From: Gonapodya sp. JEL0774 | Taxonomy: Eukaryota | Assembly: GCA_027604505.1 (NCBI GenBank) | Contig: JADIIX010000059.1 | Span: 1-64,000, forward strand | DNA length: 64,000 bases | Direction: 5' to 3' | Shown: piece by piece, positions 53,798 through 64,000 of the stretch | How positions within the stretch are numbered: position 1 is the first letter of the stretch | Layout of the letters: each line of letters starts with the position of its first letter | Translations under genes and position numbers: made by a program | The notes under the pieces: model-generated | The model's input: only the letters and a program-made list of their open reading frames with translations | Told to the model about the DNA's origin: nothing | Database searches by the model: none

Positions 53798-55735
53798 CTA
53801 TCCCCACCTCCCTCCCTTATCCCGAGCGCGCATCCTCGACCAACCACCTCTGTCCTCTACTCTTTTCGTCTCTTTAGCTCGCACCTCCTTGGCCTCTGTA
53901 ACCCACTCACCCAACCTTGCCCGCACTTTCGGTACTGCAACCCACTCCAAATTTTCGGAGATGAAAGGAGATTCTGCTGAGCCCAAAGCTGATCCAAATG
54001 GGCGTTCGACCCCAAGGTCTTTGTGATCAACCAACAACCCGTTTCTGGCCCCTGTGGATCCGTCTCCACCATGCGCATCGAGAGGAGGGTGGATGGTGCC
54101 GTACAAATCCATCTTGGCGCCTTGAAGTCCCATCGTGCTCACCCCTGCTGCCTTCTCACGCCAGTCAGTGTTCGTAGGTATGCCCCAGACTGCGCCCTTG
54201 GCACTCGGCATATTCAATCCAATGACGACAGCAGTTGCGTCGTCGCGAACCGAGCGCGGTATAGGGTGGATCGCAGCAGCACAGCGAGCAGCGTGGGTCT
54301 CGCCAAGGGAGGCACCAATGAGGAGGGTCGCGGGGTTCACAGAGGAGGCAGGATTTGAGATGACAGAGGAGACGAGTGAGACGGCATTGGATGTGGAAAC
54401 GGTGTCCCATATGCCGTCTGTGGCGATAACAAGAAAATGTGGCACATAGTTGTCACTGTTGCCAGTGTTCGGGCCACAATCTTGTTTGTGAGCTCCTACA
54501 TCGTCGTCTGGCACATCTGGTCCATAGTAAACAACTTCGGGGTCCGCAACGACATATGGAGGCTTCGCTTCCGAAATTCCCTCGGCGAGGTCGGGTGTCA
54601 ATGAGGAAGATAGCCATTGACCTGCTTCACCAACCCACTTCAATTCGGCGTCACCAAACGCGCGTGAAGGAACGAGCACGCCTGCAACACGACCGCCGCG
54701 AGTAAGTGAGGGCCAAAGGGAGGTTGGATGACGAGAGAGCAGATTAGACAGCTCCCGCGGGTCGACGAGAGTGTGCGGGGAGGAAAGTGGGAGGGGGAGA
54801 AACGTGGGTAATTGTCCGGAAGGTGGACTTGCGTTGGCAGCTGATGAGGTATGGTCTGCGCGCGGTCGACGGCGGCCACGACGCGGTGGTGGTGATGCAT
54901 TTTGGTGGAACTCTTTGGCTATGTTCTTCAACTGACCTAGGGAAGCCGGGGCATGCAGACTGACGGAATTCATGACGCTCTCGCTCTCACTGCCACTTTG
55001 ACGTGCCAAGTGTTCTTCGTCGTTTTCGGTCCAAACACCCATCACGGCTCCACAGTCTCCAACATTCGCGATCCAAACTTGTTCCCCACGTATAACTGCT
55101 ACAACCGCGCAAGATCCCTGCCTGACGACATCAGGGTGATGCAGTTCAGGTAGAGCGCCCGAGATGAGATCGGTGTCAAGCTCAAGAAACGCTCGACGAA
55201 TTGATTCAGCTGTGTCCGAAACAGGTAATGTATTCCGCTCAGGGTTCCAAAGCCCATAAATCAATGGTCGAATGGCACGAGCCACATACCGCGGCAAATG
55301 GTTGGCCACAAGCTTAGAGAGAAGGGGCCCACCATGACCGTCTGCAACTGTGATCACAATTAACGGCGGACCGGAGGGATGAGATTCTCCGCCGTCTCGC
55401 GATAGCGAGTGTTGAAAAGCGAAGTACGAAAAAGCATCTTCGTTGACAGCATTCGCCTTGAGCGAATTCGAAGCGAGAACCGAGATCGGGAAAGGGAGTG
55501 GTGTCGTTGTAGTCGATATGTCTCGTGAATGTTGCGGTAGTATTCGTGTCAACTGTCCCCACATCTGCTGACGCTCCGCAATAAACGCATCCAGCTGCTC
55601 ATGGGACCAAAGTTGCGGCTCCGGCTGTGACCGCGTCGAGAATAAGTTCCCCTTCTCGCATCTCGCGAGTCTGGATGGACCTGCAATTCTCCCGATTGCG
55701 ATGCGCCCCGCAAGGGAAGCAAGAAAAGGGCGCAT
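53798..55735 (-). CDS. PP2C/PPM phosphatase, probably mitochondrial pyruvate dehydrogenase phosphatase-like; single long ORF
   Basis: Arg-rich presequence-like N-terminus. Motifs: NEDA, VADGHGG, GSCA, ANVGD, SRAFGD, PPYVVADPEV, LVIATDGIWD, RDDAT. Confidence 0.9.
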   Translation of the reverse strand: MRPFLASLAGRIAIGRIAGPSRLARCEKGNLFSTRSQPEPQLWSHEQLDAFIAERQQMWGQLTRILPQHSRDISTTTTPLPFPISVLASNSLKANAVNEDAFSYFAFQHSLSRDGGESHPSGPPLIVITVADGHGGPLLSKLVANHLPRYVARAIRPLIYGLWNPERNTLPVSDTAESIRRAFLELDTDLISGALPELHHPDVVRQGSCAVVAVIRGEQVWIANVGDCGAVMGVWTENDEEHLARQSGSESESVMNSVSLHAPASLGQLKNIAKEFHQNASPPPRRGRRRPRADHTSSAANASPPSGQLPTFLPLPLSSPHTLVDPRELSNLLSRHPTSLWPSLTRGGRVAGVLVPSRAFGDAELKWVGEAGQWLSSSLTPDLAEGISEAKPPYVVADPEVVYYGPDVPDDDVGAHKQDCGPNTGNSDNYVPHFLVIATDGIWDTVSTSNAVSLVSSVISNPASSVNPATLLIGASLGETHAARCAAAIHPIPRSVRDDATAVVIGLNMPSAKGAVWGIPTNTDWREKAAGVSTMGLQGAKMDLYGTIHPPLDAHGGDGSTGARNGLLVDHKDLGVERPFGSALGSAESPFISENLEWVAVPKVRARLGEWVTEAKEVRAKETKRVEDRGGWSRMRARDKGGRWG

Positions 55736-56312
55736 GGAAGTGCGTTCTTACCGACTGCTTTTTTAGGGGGGTGTAGGATGTTACCAGTGAAACGAAACTC
55801 TTCAGTTCTTACATGGATGATGACGCATTGTGGCTCCGGTTTGGAAGGGAGCACGTCACACTCCAATAGCCGCGACAAATACAGTTGATTGAAGTACATA
55901 TTACACGCTCATGCCAAAATTGTCCAGGTTATTGTCGAATGTGGTACTACGCAGAACATTACATACTCTGCGGAACCTGCAGCCAGCTTCAGAAATCGAT
56001 GTGGGAATATAGGGAGGTTGTGGAGATTTGCGTGGCCATCGAAAACAGCTTTTTTGTGTACTTTGAGTGCACGGTGCGTAAAGAAATCACAATGGACAGT
56101 TAAAAATTCACGAGAACCCCGCTGAGGTCGGAGCGGAGGGGTTCACGGGCTCACTCGCCTTTGCTGTGCCACACAACTATAGTTGCATCAGCTGGTTGCG
56201 AAGATGTTGCATAAAATAAAGCTTTTCCGTCGCTTCTGCTTTTAAAAAACATTCATCAACTCACAAGTTCCTGCTCGCTGCTCCAAAACTGAGCTGCGCA
56301 ATCCTGCCAACG

Positions 56313-57624
56313 ATGCCATTGCAACATTCAACTCCCAACAATCGCATACGCCGCCTCCTTCCGAGTCTGCTGGACGACTCAGGGGACCGACGTGATAGTC
56401 CCACTATCACAACAGCTTTCTATACTACGCAATCTTCAACTCTCGCCGTGCCCGTCGCGGAATCCAAACCGTCTGGCCTGTCGCCAGCTGAATCTGCCGG
56501 AGTCGCGGTCGTGACGCTTGTATTCTTCGCCGTACTTTATTTAACATACCGATATTGCATAAAAACACGGTGAGTGGATCTTTTCTTCTCTTTGTACTCA
56601 ATTTCTGATTGAATCCGCATTTGTAAACTGCTGTAGATTCGGCCGAGCGTGGCCCGAAAACCAGGAGAATACCGCAACAAAGGGCCTAGATGAAAAGGTA
56701 CGATGAACTGTTAATTTTGCAACGTTGCATCGGTTGTGGGGAAATTCCTTGTTCTCACTCTGTCATTATTGTCAGATTGTCACCGCGCTTCCACTGTGGC
56801 CATTCCACGCAAAACCCAATCCCGACAAACCTCGATCTGCACCTTCCTACTCCCTTGAAACTACTCCACCGATTTCTGTGCACGTATCTCTCTCTCCGGA
56901 TGAGAATGCCTGCGGAAGGATCTCTCAGCTATCCAGCTACACCGAGCAGCCTCCATCTCGATCACAATCACCAGCAGAAGAGCCAAGATGTTCAGAGTCT
57001 ACTGCTAGATTAAGTGAGCGCGGAAACCCATCGAAAGATGTTCCAAGTTCTGAGTATGATGGGAGAAAGCCAACAATCTCGGCCGCTTTGAGAGCATTCT
57101 CAATGGGACTGTGGCCGCGATCTGGAAAGTTTTGGAAGAACAGAGATGCAAGAGCGGGTCCTTCAGTTTCTGTTGATGTTGTGGACGAGGAAGAGTGTGC
57201 TGTTTGCTTGATCGCATTTGTGGAGAAAGAAAAATTGAGGGTTCTGCCGTGCAAACATTATTTCCATCCCAAAGTGAGTTCTTCAGATTGTGTCATCCTC
57301 ACTCGTGATCGTTTGGGCTAACTGTACCATTCTGTTTCTTTCTCACAGTGTGTTGACCGTTGGCTTCTCGAAGAGTCCCCACTCTGCCCCTTGTGCAAAC
57401 GTGATGTCGGCGCTCTTCCTCCATCTGCCAACGCTCAAGATGAACAAGCGGAAGGGGCACCGGTCCGGGAGGCCGACCTCAGCCGTTCAGATCCAGAGAT
57501 CGCTATTGGACTCCTGGCACGTGTAAGGAGGTGGATAGGACTTACTCGGATGACGGAAGAGATGGAAGAGAGGGCAGAAAGAGGAGAAGTTGTCACTCAC
57601 GTTGCGATGCAGACCAGTCGTTGA
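56313..57624 (+). CDS. Membrane-anchored RING-H2 E3 ubiquitin ligase (TM-GLD-RING-H2)
   Basis: TM AGVAVVTLVFFAVLYLTY; spliced KGLDEK|IVTALPLWPF; RING-H2 CAVCL...LPCKHYFHPK|CVDRWL...CPLCK. Confidence 0.9.
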
Positions 57625-57781
57625 TACACTTCAGAGATCGTCGTGTGACTGGCCGCTTTCCGCATAACTCTGAACATAGCATATGTATATACATCATTTA
57701 TTATCTCGAAAAACATCTCTTTCATATTTGAAAAAGCTGATCACAATTCTTGCGAAAATTGTTCAAACAATCTCATCATGA

Positions 57782-58781
57782 TCACAACTTCCCCCTCCAT
57801 CTGGACGCAGGCTTGTACCCCAGGACCCGCTTTGCTTTCTCAATCGACAACAGAGAGTCATGCTCCCCCGTACCGGCCTTCATCTTGGTTCCTGGAGCGA
57901 ATTGTGCCAGAAGCTGCGAGTTCGGAGTTCTCGTGACCGAATCTGGATTGGCGATCGTGAAAACATCTGCCCCTTTCAGGGGACTGAGGAGCGCAAGAAG
58001 AACAGCCTCAGCGGCATCACGCGCGTCAATGTAACTGGCAGTATGTGGGTCAATAAATGGAACACCGGAGAAATGTATGCGCATCCAACTCACGCCCACA
58101 AGTTCCAGCTCCGGCTACCGGGATTTGATTGCCAGCTTTCGAACTGCTCATAATCCTCCACTGCCATGACATTGGAGAATCGAAGTCCAAATACCTTGAG
58201 CTCCGGGTCCCATCTAGCATATTGCTCAGCCATTTTCTCGCCCAAGTACTTTGACATGGAGTACGAAGATTGGGGTAGGGAAACAGACTCATCAACTGGT
58301 ACGAGTGATTGAAGAGTGGATGGGTGCGCCATGGGGATGCCGAGGACCGTCTCAGAGCTTGCCCACACGATGTTTTTGATGCGCAGGAAGCGACAGGCTT
58401 CGAAAACATTGTGCGTGGAGACCATGTTCATTTGAAACACTACCGCATTCGTGGTGATGCCCGGCGCAGGAATAGCCGCTGGATGCAATGTGTGTTGGAT
58501 GCCCGGGAACGGGAACTGGACGAGTTCCGTCATCAAGGCTCACCTAAATGAACGACAGCATCTACAGGCTGTGACACGGCTCCATCGACCCAGGCTAAGC
58601 CAGCAACAGTTTGACCGAAATCCGTGACGTCGGTTTTCACAAATCGCACGTTGGGATGAACTGGCGGCGCTCCCGTGGGGCGGTAAAGATCCAGATTGAT
58701 GACTTTATGCCCCTTCAATGCCAGAGAGTTCACGACCACTCTCCCAAGTTTACCGGATCCGCCAGTTACCGCGATGCGCAT
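57782..58781 (-). CDS. NAD-dependent epimerase/dehydratase family oxidoreductase (extended SDR), 3 exons
   Basis: MRIAVTGGSGKLG, AVVHL|AAIP, WASSE, YSMSK (YxxxK), LRFSNV, NLW|SYIDARD, KAKRVLGY. Confidence 0.92.
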
Positions 58782-59120
58782 GTCGTTGCGACAGAGTAAG
58801 TGTGAAACTGTCCGGCTCGGATCCATGAGCGATGAGCCGCCCAAAAAAAAAATTGTACGCCTGAAGTTATCTATTATTATTTCGGTATTTATCGGATAAT
58901 GTTTTGATGTTTTTGTGGGACTAAAAAGTTCCACGTCTTCCCCCATTCCCTGTTCAGTTGGCTCTTTCTCAGTCTGGAACATTTTCCACCTTCATTTAAG
59001 GTGTGAATAAATCAGTCATTCCGTCTATTATTGTATCCGACACTTGCAGTCCTATGTAGTGGTATATCAATCTCTAAAAGCTTTTTCATAGAGGAACGAA
59101 AAACACAGCATCATGATCCA

Positions 59121-61667
59121 TCAGTCAGTTTTCTTAGAATGTCCTCCGTTCAGCTCAGCTTCCCCATCTGACTCGCTGTACAATAAGCCTTCTTCTTGGT
59201 GAGCTTTGGCCTCCTCTCTTACTCGCCTTCTCTCCCTCCAGAAGAGAGTCACTCCCACCACAGAACAGATGCCGGCAAGAACCGCCACCATATAAAGGCC
59301 CACTGCACCTCTGTCAGAATATATTTGAGCACCAAGAAGGTGAGCCATGCCAAGAGAGAGGCCAAAGTTGAGAGAGTGCTATGTGGGCAAGTGGTCGGCT
59401 TCAAGATGTTCCGACCAAAACAGCGAACGAAAAACTCACCATGACCCCGTTGACGGCTGCAAGGTGCTCCCGAGGCACAATCTCCGCAATCACGCCGGCC
59501 GCCCCTGCCGTCACTGCTGCAACCGCCGCACCTTGAAGGGGTTCAGCAGCGAGCGCCAAATAGGGTGCACACCGCTCCGCTAGCTTCCGTGCCGAGGCAA
59601 GCCAGGATAACCATGGATAATACACAGTAACAGAGCCATGAATGCCAAGAGCAGTTGCAGCTCGGGCGAGGTACGGTGACGCGGGAGAGGTACCATGTGA
59701 AGGCAGTTCTGGTACACTCGCCACGGAGAACAGCACCGTCACGTTTCTTGCCAGTTGCAGAGCCACCGCAAATGCCAACATACCCTCAGCGCCCAGGATA
59801 GGCACGAGCGATGAGGAGAGGTACGCAAGAGGGATGTTACCGGTGTCTCTCAAAGGTGAAACCAGGGGCATCAAATGGGTTGGGAGGCACAAGTGGTTGC
59901 GAAGTACAAGAGGGTGAAAAGAGAATGGGAGCTGACGGGAAAAGTGGAGAGGTAGGGCTGTGGCGACGTACCTGCGGGCTGGATCAGTGATAGAGCTGAC
60001 TTACGTATTTCATCGTGGATACGCACCACATCGTCTCTCGTCGGGTCAATACCTCCCAGAGCGTTCGAGCTTCTCGCCTCGCATTCGGGAAGTTCTCCGT
60101 CACCATCGTCGGCGGGACCAATGAGGAGGTCGAGCTATCAGGCGACTGTGGTGGTGAGGCAGAAAGGGAGGTGGTCGCCCCGCTATTGCGACGTTCGAGT
60201 TCTGACCAGTCTGAGATGAGGAGAGAGACAAACAATGCTAGTGCATCGGAACAAGTGGGAAATGATAAGCGATTGCACTGAACAAAAGGGGCATACAACC
60301 AACTTCCGAAAGCACCGATTGGACAACCAAACCCACCGACAGCGAACGTGCCGTACGCCCACCACATGTTTTGTACACCATATCGGGCAATGACCCACCC
60401 GACGACGAGACTCGTTAAGGAAAATCCGATTGGACCGAAGAGGCGAACGGAACCGGCGAGATGATTGTCCGGATGAAGTACCTGAGTGAGAGCGAGGGCT
60501 GGTGAGGAAATGAAGCATTTATTTGTAAATGAGAATCGCACGAGCTGACCGTACAGATGAGAGCCATGCTTCGAGGATAGGCACAAACCCGCCGTTCAAG
60601 CTGTGGGTGGAGTAGCGGAAAGGTCACAATTGTGTAAGCACGTAAGAAGTTGTGTTATGCTGAGAGTGACATCAAATCAAACTCAAGATACGGCACTATA
60701 TGAGAGGGAGTTTTGAAACCACCACCACACACACACATTCCGTGCTCGTGAGTTTCCGAGCTTCCACCACCTCATGTCACTGTCACTTCCTCAGTACCCA
60801 CCTCGAATTCACAACCGCGAACCCCACCAACCATCGCCATCTCTCATCCACGTCCCTAGACTTCAAGAACTCTGACCCTCCCATCCAAGTTGCAACCACA
60901 GCCACACTCCACGTAGTCATTAGAACCAGCTTTGGTTTGCCTGAACGAGTCGCAACAAGTGGCCATAGTGCCGCAGAGAAGATGGAGATGAACGGAGCGG
61001 CGGCGGCGACGCGGCCGATGTCACGGGGTTTGAGGAGAAGTTGCTCTCGGAAGTAGAGGGAGGTGAACGGAATGTGGGATGCAGCGAGGCACTGGGTTTT
61101 GAGGGTTGCAAGGTCAGCGACGTGGTTTCGACACCCGTGTTATGTTCCTTAGTTACAACGACCCGCCGCTGATGTCATATATTCCTGCGAAGAATGCTCT
61201 GTTCATAGTGTTGAGTCCTTTGAACATGGCGGTGCGGATCGTGTACAAGATACTATCTTTCAAATCTCCAGAAGCTTTTGTCGGAGTTGTATGAACTCCA
61301 GTTGCCAGTGGTGCTTGACTCTCACCCCTAAACATAATTTCATTCCATTTCTATGAAGGGAAGTTCCTGGCCCTTGCAGATTCAGGATCTACGGCAAGTC
61401 GATATATGGTGGGATACGAACATTCAAGAGGAACCACACGGTTCGTGGCAGAAAGAGTGAAACTTTCCGCTTCGATCCAGTCCTTTTCCTAAACATTTTT
61501 TGGCTCGCATTGATGGATCTCGCCGGGGATGCGGATATGCTTGCGGCAGCGCTACCGTTGCGCTGCTCTGTTGGCAAATGCACGTCGTTTAGAGGCACCG
61601 GTCTACGATTCGTATCGGCGTTCATCGATTCAGATCCGTCAGTGAGAGCTGTGTTGGATAATTTCAT
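59121..61667 (-). CDS. MFS transporter (MFSD6/MFS_1_like)
   Basis: Spliced LFLPRTVWFLLN|CLAASHIPFTSLYFREQL...DIGRVAAAAPF...LW, GSVRLFGPIGF, AEPLQG, and multiple hydrophobic helices. Confidence 0.82.
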
Positions 61668-62065
61668 GGATGTGAAGGCAGGCGCTGACAGAGACACGAT
61701 TACCAGCAGCTGTGCTTCATGGGGCGGGCTCGGCGACTGCGGCGCATTGCACCAAACACCGTACTTGTGGACGACAGAAGATGTACTTACTTAGAAAACA
61801 GAGGGGAGGAAGGTGTGCTCTGCTACGTGGCAGAACATTGGAATGATTCCAAGTACAAGATGACCGTTACTTATAAGATGAGCCAATCAAAAATAAATGG
61901 AAAGATAAATAATACGCAGATCCATTCCATGCAGCCCTGCAATTTTGAGCTTGTCACTGAGTCATTGCCAATTTTCTCTTTTCTGTGGAGCTCCCTTGGC
62001 CACCCACCTACGTGTCGGCCCCTTTGCCCTGCTCACATTCGCGACATCACCAGATTTGTCCGCTA

Positions 62066-64000
62066 ATGCTCCGCAACGCCGCGCTCCGTCTCGCGGCCGC
62101 GCGAACATTTACCCATCCTTCATTGTCCCGCCGAGTGACACCGCTAGCTCTTGTCTCGATCCAGGATCATGGCCTGCGACTGGCGACGACACTGCGTGTA
62201 CGGCGAGGACGGCGACACGGGACCTCGTTGACCGAAGATTCCGCTGAGAGCGATACACTGCTTGCGATCGAGGCGATCATTGAACCGCAGGAGCAAGTTG
62301 GGGTTTCATCACCGTCTTCACCATTCTCGCATCCAGACACCGAGCTCCCTACAGAATACCCCATACCCCTCTCTACCAAAACCGCTTCCGTTCTTTCGAA
62401 TAAGCTCGGTATAAAGACTCTGTTTCCCGTCCAGATTGAAAGTTTCGGACCGATTGTGGAAGGAAAAGATGTTATTGCTCGAGCAAGTGCGTTGTCAGGT
62501 TAATTCTTCACTCGGGTTCCCATTTCATGCCTCTAACACGTTTTCCTTTTCGTCTTACTCTCTCTTCTCGAAACAGAAACCGGCACCGGCAAAACACTCT
62601 CGTTTGTCGTTCCCATTGTCGAGCGACTCATTCGGAAGGATGCGGAACGGGATAATGGGGCAGAACTTGAGGAACACTCGGAAATGCACAGAAGACACCA
62701 TGTCCGCCATCAAGGACCTAGAGTACTTGTCTTAGCGCCGACGAGGTGTGTACCAAGTGTGTTTTATCAGAATCACGGAGGCAACGCGGAACACAACAAT
62801 GTATCTGAGAAAGGAAGACGGCACAACCCCGTCACGAAATTCAATACCGTTTCTTGCTATACTGCTTGATTAAGTGGTTGCTCGACGCGAGAGCTTTTTT
62901 CTCGTCACACCACCTACATGCTATCGGCTCCCTGTCTGATTTGGTCAACCCCTTCGCACACCCCACTCCTTGCCCTTCTCCTACGCAATCCTCACAGAGA
63001 GCTTGCTCGCCAAGTCGCCCGTGTCTTTGTCGATGTTACCGACTCGGATGTGCTCCTTGGCGACGGCGACACCTCGTCATGGGAGATGGTCAACTTTGGC
63101 TTTGGCGGCCGGCGCAACAAAAACAGAAGACCGGAGGAAACAAGGATGAGGGAAGATGGTTCATGTTATAAGACCTTGCTAGTATCGGGTGGTAAGCCGT
63201 TTGGTGGCCAGCGTGAGTTGGGGAGTGAAGGGTTTGCCGTGTGGTTTGGGTGGCCGTCAACATGAGGAGATGGAATTTCCGGCACAGAGCTGCATCAGTC
63301 AGCTGTGTGTCAATTCACACGAGATGAAAGTTCTTGGCAGACGTTACGTTGAGCGGACGTTTCAAGAGCGGGGATCGTGAATATGAGGCGTTTTGGGACA
63401 CATTGGTCTGGAATCAGTTGGTTCTGTGCTACAGTCTCCCTTTCATTCTATCATGTTGCACAATGAACTATATCTCCTCTCTTTAAATTCCCCCAACCCG
63501 TCTCCCCTCCCAACCACCCTGGCCCAAACCCTTTCCCCCCGAACACAAACACGCAAATACACGCTGCATCCCACCTTTGACTCCAGTCATGGCTCTCGAA
63601 CATCGACATCCTCCCGAAATCGTTGTCGGCACACCAGGGCGAGTACTGGACTTGATCAGAAGGGAAGCCCTCCGATTGGGAGATGTGGAGACATTTGTGC
63701 TTGATGAGGCAGACTATATGCTGGATATTGGGTGGGTTGTGGGGAATGGAACCATTGTGCGGTGAACCCCGCCCGCCTGCTTGTATTTACAAATCCCCGA
63801 CCAACCATCCCACCCACAGCTTCGCCGCCGAAATCGAGTCCATCTTTTCCAGCATCTCCGATCACCGCAGAAGGCACCCCTCCCACTCCAAAACCGCCAC
63901 CACCTCCGTCACGCAAACCCTCCTCTTCTCCGCCACCATGCCCTCGTGGATCACCAAGATCGCCTCGACGTACCTCCGACCCCCGTCTGCGGGCATGTGT
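62066..64000 (+). CDS. DEAD-box RNA helicase (DDX21/RH3-like motifs, probable mitochondrial presequence); truncated by window end
   Basis: Motifs: LFPVQ (Q motif), [42 protein letters not shown]-terminus [15 protein letters not shown]. Confidence 0.92.

Noticed and set aside
53798..55735. PP2C as one 645-aa ORF (retrogene or transfer?) with GDCG in place of GDSR
   Set aside because: The motifs are eukaryotic and the metal-binding Asp residues are intact; lack of introns alone is weak evidence, and in-frame introns cannot be excluded.
56113..56145. GC-rich hairpin (GAACCCC...GGGGTTC) between the PP2C and RING genes
   Set aside because: A single short stem with no tRNA, snoRNA or SRP features.
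61153..61335. 60-aa minus-strand ORF
   Set aside because: It lies inside the inferred first intron of the MFS gene and has no recognisable motif.

Overview
Gene-dense, intron-rich eukaryotic genomic DNA (short GT-AG introns, several micro-exons). It is most likely from a zoosporic, early-diverging fungus (inference: fungal Crh-type GH16 and SUR2 occur together with the centriole protein CEP78 and a four-domain Cav-type channel). I could assemble about 25 protein-coding genes by hand across introns: NDUFS8, an alpha/beta-hydrolase ending in AKL, CEP78, a USP protein, a plant/cyanobacterial-type saccharopine-dehydrogenase-like oxidoreductase, a membrane GH16, an LRR-TM-SH3 receptor-like protein, GPATCH11, a GATA factor, an ankyrin-like/coiled-coil/SH3 protein, an intronless GNAT, an EEEE four-domain cation channel, a flavin reductase-like protein, EB1, the PP2A catalytic subunit, an APH/ACAD10-like phosphotransferase, SUR2, a TPR-like protein, a Pro-rich membrane protein, a RasGEF, a PP2C, a TM-GLD-RING-H2 ligase, an extended SDR, an MFS transporter and a truncated DEAD-box helicase. 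I recognised no RNA genes, CRISPR arrays or transposons. The most notable items are the plant-type LRR receptor with an SH3 in place of a kinase (head-to-head with a membrane GH16), the EEEE Cav-like channel with an IQ-like motif, and the plastid/cyanobacterial-type oxidoreductase. All gene models are manual, and family calls rest on remembered motifs rather than database searches.
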